A stretch of DNA of 32,000 bases, taken from Mucisphaera calidilacus. Its GTDB lineage: Bacteria; Planctomycetota; Phycisphaerae; Phycisphaerales; Phycisphaeraceae. Below, in pieces: positions 31,166 to 32,000 of this stretch. The notes under the pieces were generated by a model, which made no database searches, was not told where the DNA came from, and was given only the letters and a program-made list of their open reading frames with translations. Position 1 is the stretch's first letter, and each line of letters opens with the position of its first letter. The stretch covers positions 2,040,001-2,072,000 of the forward strand of contig NZ_CP036280.1 of the NCBI RefSeq assembly GCF_007748075.1, given 5' to 3'. The position numbers and the translations under genes are program-made.

Positions 31166-31687
31166 TCAGGCGGAGACGGCCTGCTGCTCGGTGGGCTGCT
31201 GCACGGCCCAGGTGACGAAGGTCTTGGCCCAGTCGTGGACTTCGTCGCGGGTCATGCGGAAGGCGCCGAGTCGTCGTTCGTCGTCGCCCGGGACCATGTC
31301 GGGATCTCGGAAGGCGTGGTGGACTTTCCAGCGTGCGCCCGTGACGGCCGGGCTGTTGTCGCGGGTGTAGTCGTCGATGGTGATGACGAACTCGAAGTTG
31401 TCGGTGATGACGTCGTTGATGTCGGTGGGCTTCTGGGTGCTGATGTCCATGCCGACTTCGAACATGACTTCCACGGAGAGGGGGTGGAGGTCATCGGGCA
31501 TGATGCCGGCGGAGACGACTTCGAGTCGTGGTCCGGCGATGTGACGGATCCATGCGTCGAGCATCTGTGACCGGCAGCGGTTGTTGCGGGAGAGGATCAG
31601 GACGCGGCGCGGCTGGTTTCCGAGGCGCATGCGTTCGGTCTGAGGGTTGTGCGTGGGATACGGGTTGTTCGCTTCACCTGCCACCAT
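31166..31687 (-). CDS. LMW-PTP / ArsC (thioredoxin-type) fold protein with degenerate active site
   Basis: P-loop-like VLILSRNNRCRSQML aligns to canonical (V/I)LF(L/V)CTGNSCRSQMAE, and the DP acid-loop HHAFRDPD is retained. aggtga RBS 5 nt before ATG 31687. Stop abuts the nitroreductase stop with zero spacer (convergent genes). Confidence 0.72.
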   Translation of the reverse strand: MVAGEANNPYPTHNPQTERMRLGNQPRRVLILSRNNRCRSQMLDAWIRHIAGPRLEVVSAGIMPDDLHPLSVEVMFEVGMDISTQKPTDINDVITDNFEFVITIDDYTRDNSPAVTGARWKVHHAFRDPDMVPGDDERRLGAFRMTRDEVHDWAKTFVTWAVQQPTEQQAVSA

Positions 31688-31828
31688 GACTTCACCTAAT
31701 GAGGGTTCGTTTCTTCCATCCTTTAGTACGCACGGCGGGACAGAATCTTGCACGTGGAGGAATCTTTATCGGAAGAAGTGTGGTGTGGTTAAGCTAAAAG
31801 CCGTGTTCACAGCGTTATCGGGTTGGCT

Positions 31829-32000
31829 TCACGCTGAGTGGTCAAGGTGGGCAAGGAGCGATTTTCGGTGGATGGGGAGTGTGGGCAAGGCGGCGAGGAA
31901 GCGTTTTCCGTAGGACTTGGCGGTGATGCGGGGGTCGAGGACGACGACGCGGCCGGTGTCGTTTCGCGAGCGGATCAAACGACCAAAACCCTGTTTGAAC
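31829..32000 (-). CDS. C-terminal fragment of a DinG/Rad3-family ATP-dependent DNA helicase (5' end outside window)
   Basis: Reverse-strand translation [39 protein letters not shown] matches the helicase motif VI region (QGxGRLIR) and the characteristic DinG tail. Partial and shorter than the ORF-track cutoff. Confidence 0.6.
   Translation of the reverse strand, partial: FKQGFGRLIRSRNDTGRVVVLDPRITAKSYGKRFLAALPTLPIHRKSLLAHLDHSA

Overview
High-GC, densely coding bacterial chromosomal segment with about 29 protein genes. I found no rRNA, tRNA, CRISPR array, transposase or integrase. All calls rest on motif recognition by eye; no database search was possible. The gene content is mostly housekeeping: bcp, gmd plus a GT1/GT4 glycosyltransferase, a compact dapB-dapA-dapD operon, pyrG, an MscS channel, Fe/Mn SOD, sthA, rnc, rpmH, eno, and a Zn/Mn-type metal ABC importer. 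Mixed in are envelope or secreted proteins typical of Planctomycetota-like genomes. These are two prepilin-type N-terminal methylation-domain (DUF1559/H-X9-DG-like) paralogs, two PEP-CTERM proteins (one with dockerin-like repeats), a SpoIVB/S55-type peptidase and an 809-aa secreted protein. The taxonomic guess is inference only. I did not recognise a defence, toxin or mobile system. The strongest signal is architectural. The + strand is C/A-rich from position 1 to about 15.8 kb and G/T-rich from about 16.1 kb to the end, regardless of gene orientation. The switch falls inside the 3' half of an intact sthA gene. About 0.7 kb downstream, an intergenic region carries six helically phased CGTTTYSG units. 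This polarity (lagging-type to leading-type) is what a replication origin produces, and rpmH lies 7.5 kb away. However, no consensus DnaA boxes or dnaA gene are visible, so the origin call is a hypothesis. Other points: a frameshifted ABC-3 permease, a Fur-box-like palindrome upstream of the metal transporter, an LMW-PTP/ArsC-like protein whose catalytic cysteines are all replaced, and a 49-aa rpmH gene absent from the ORF track.
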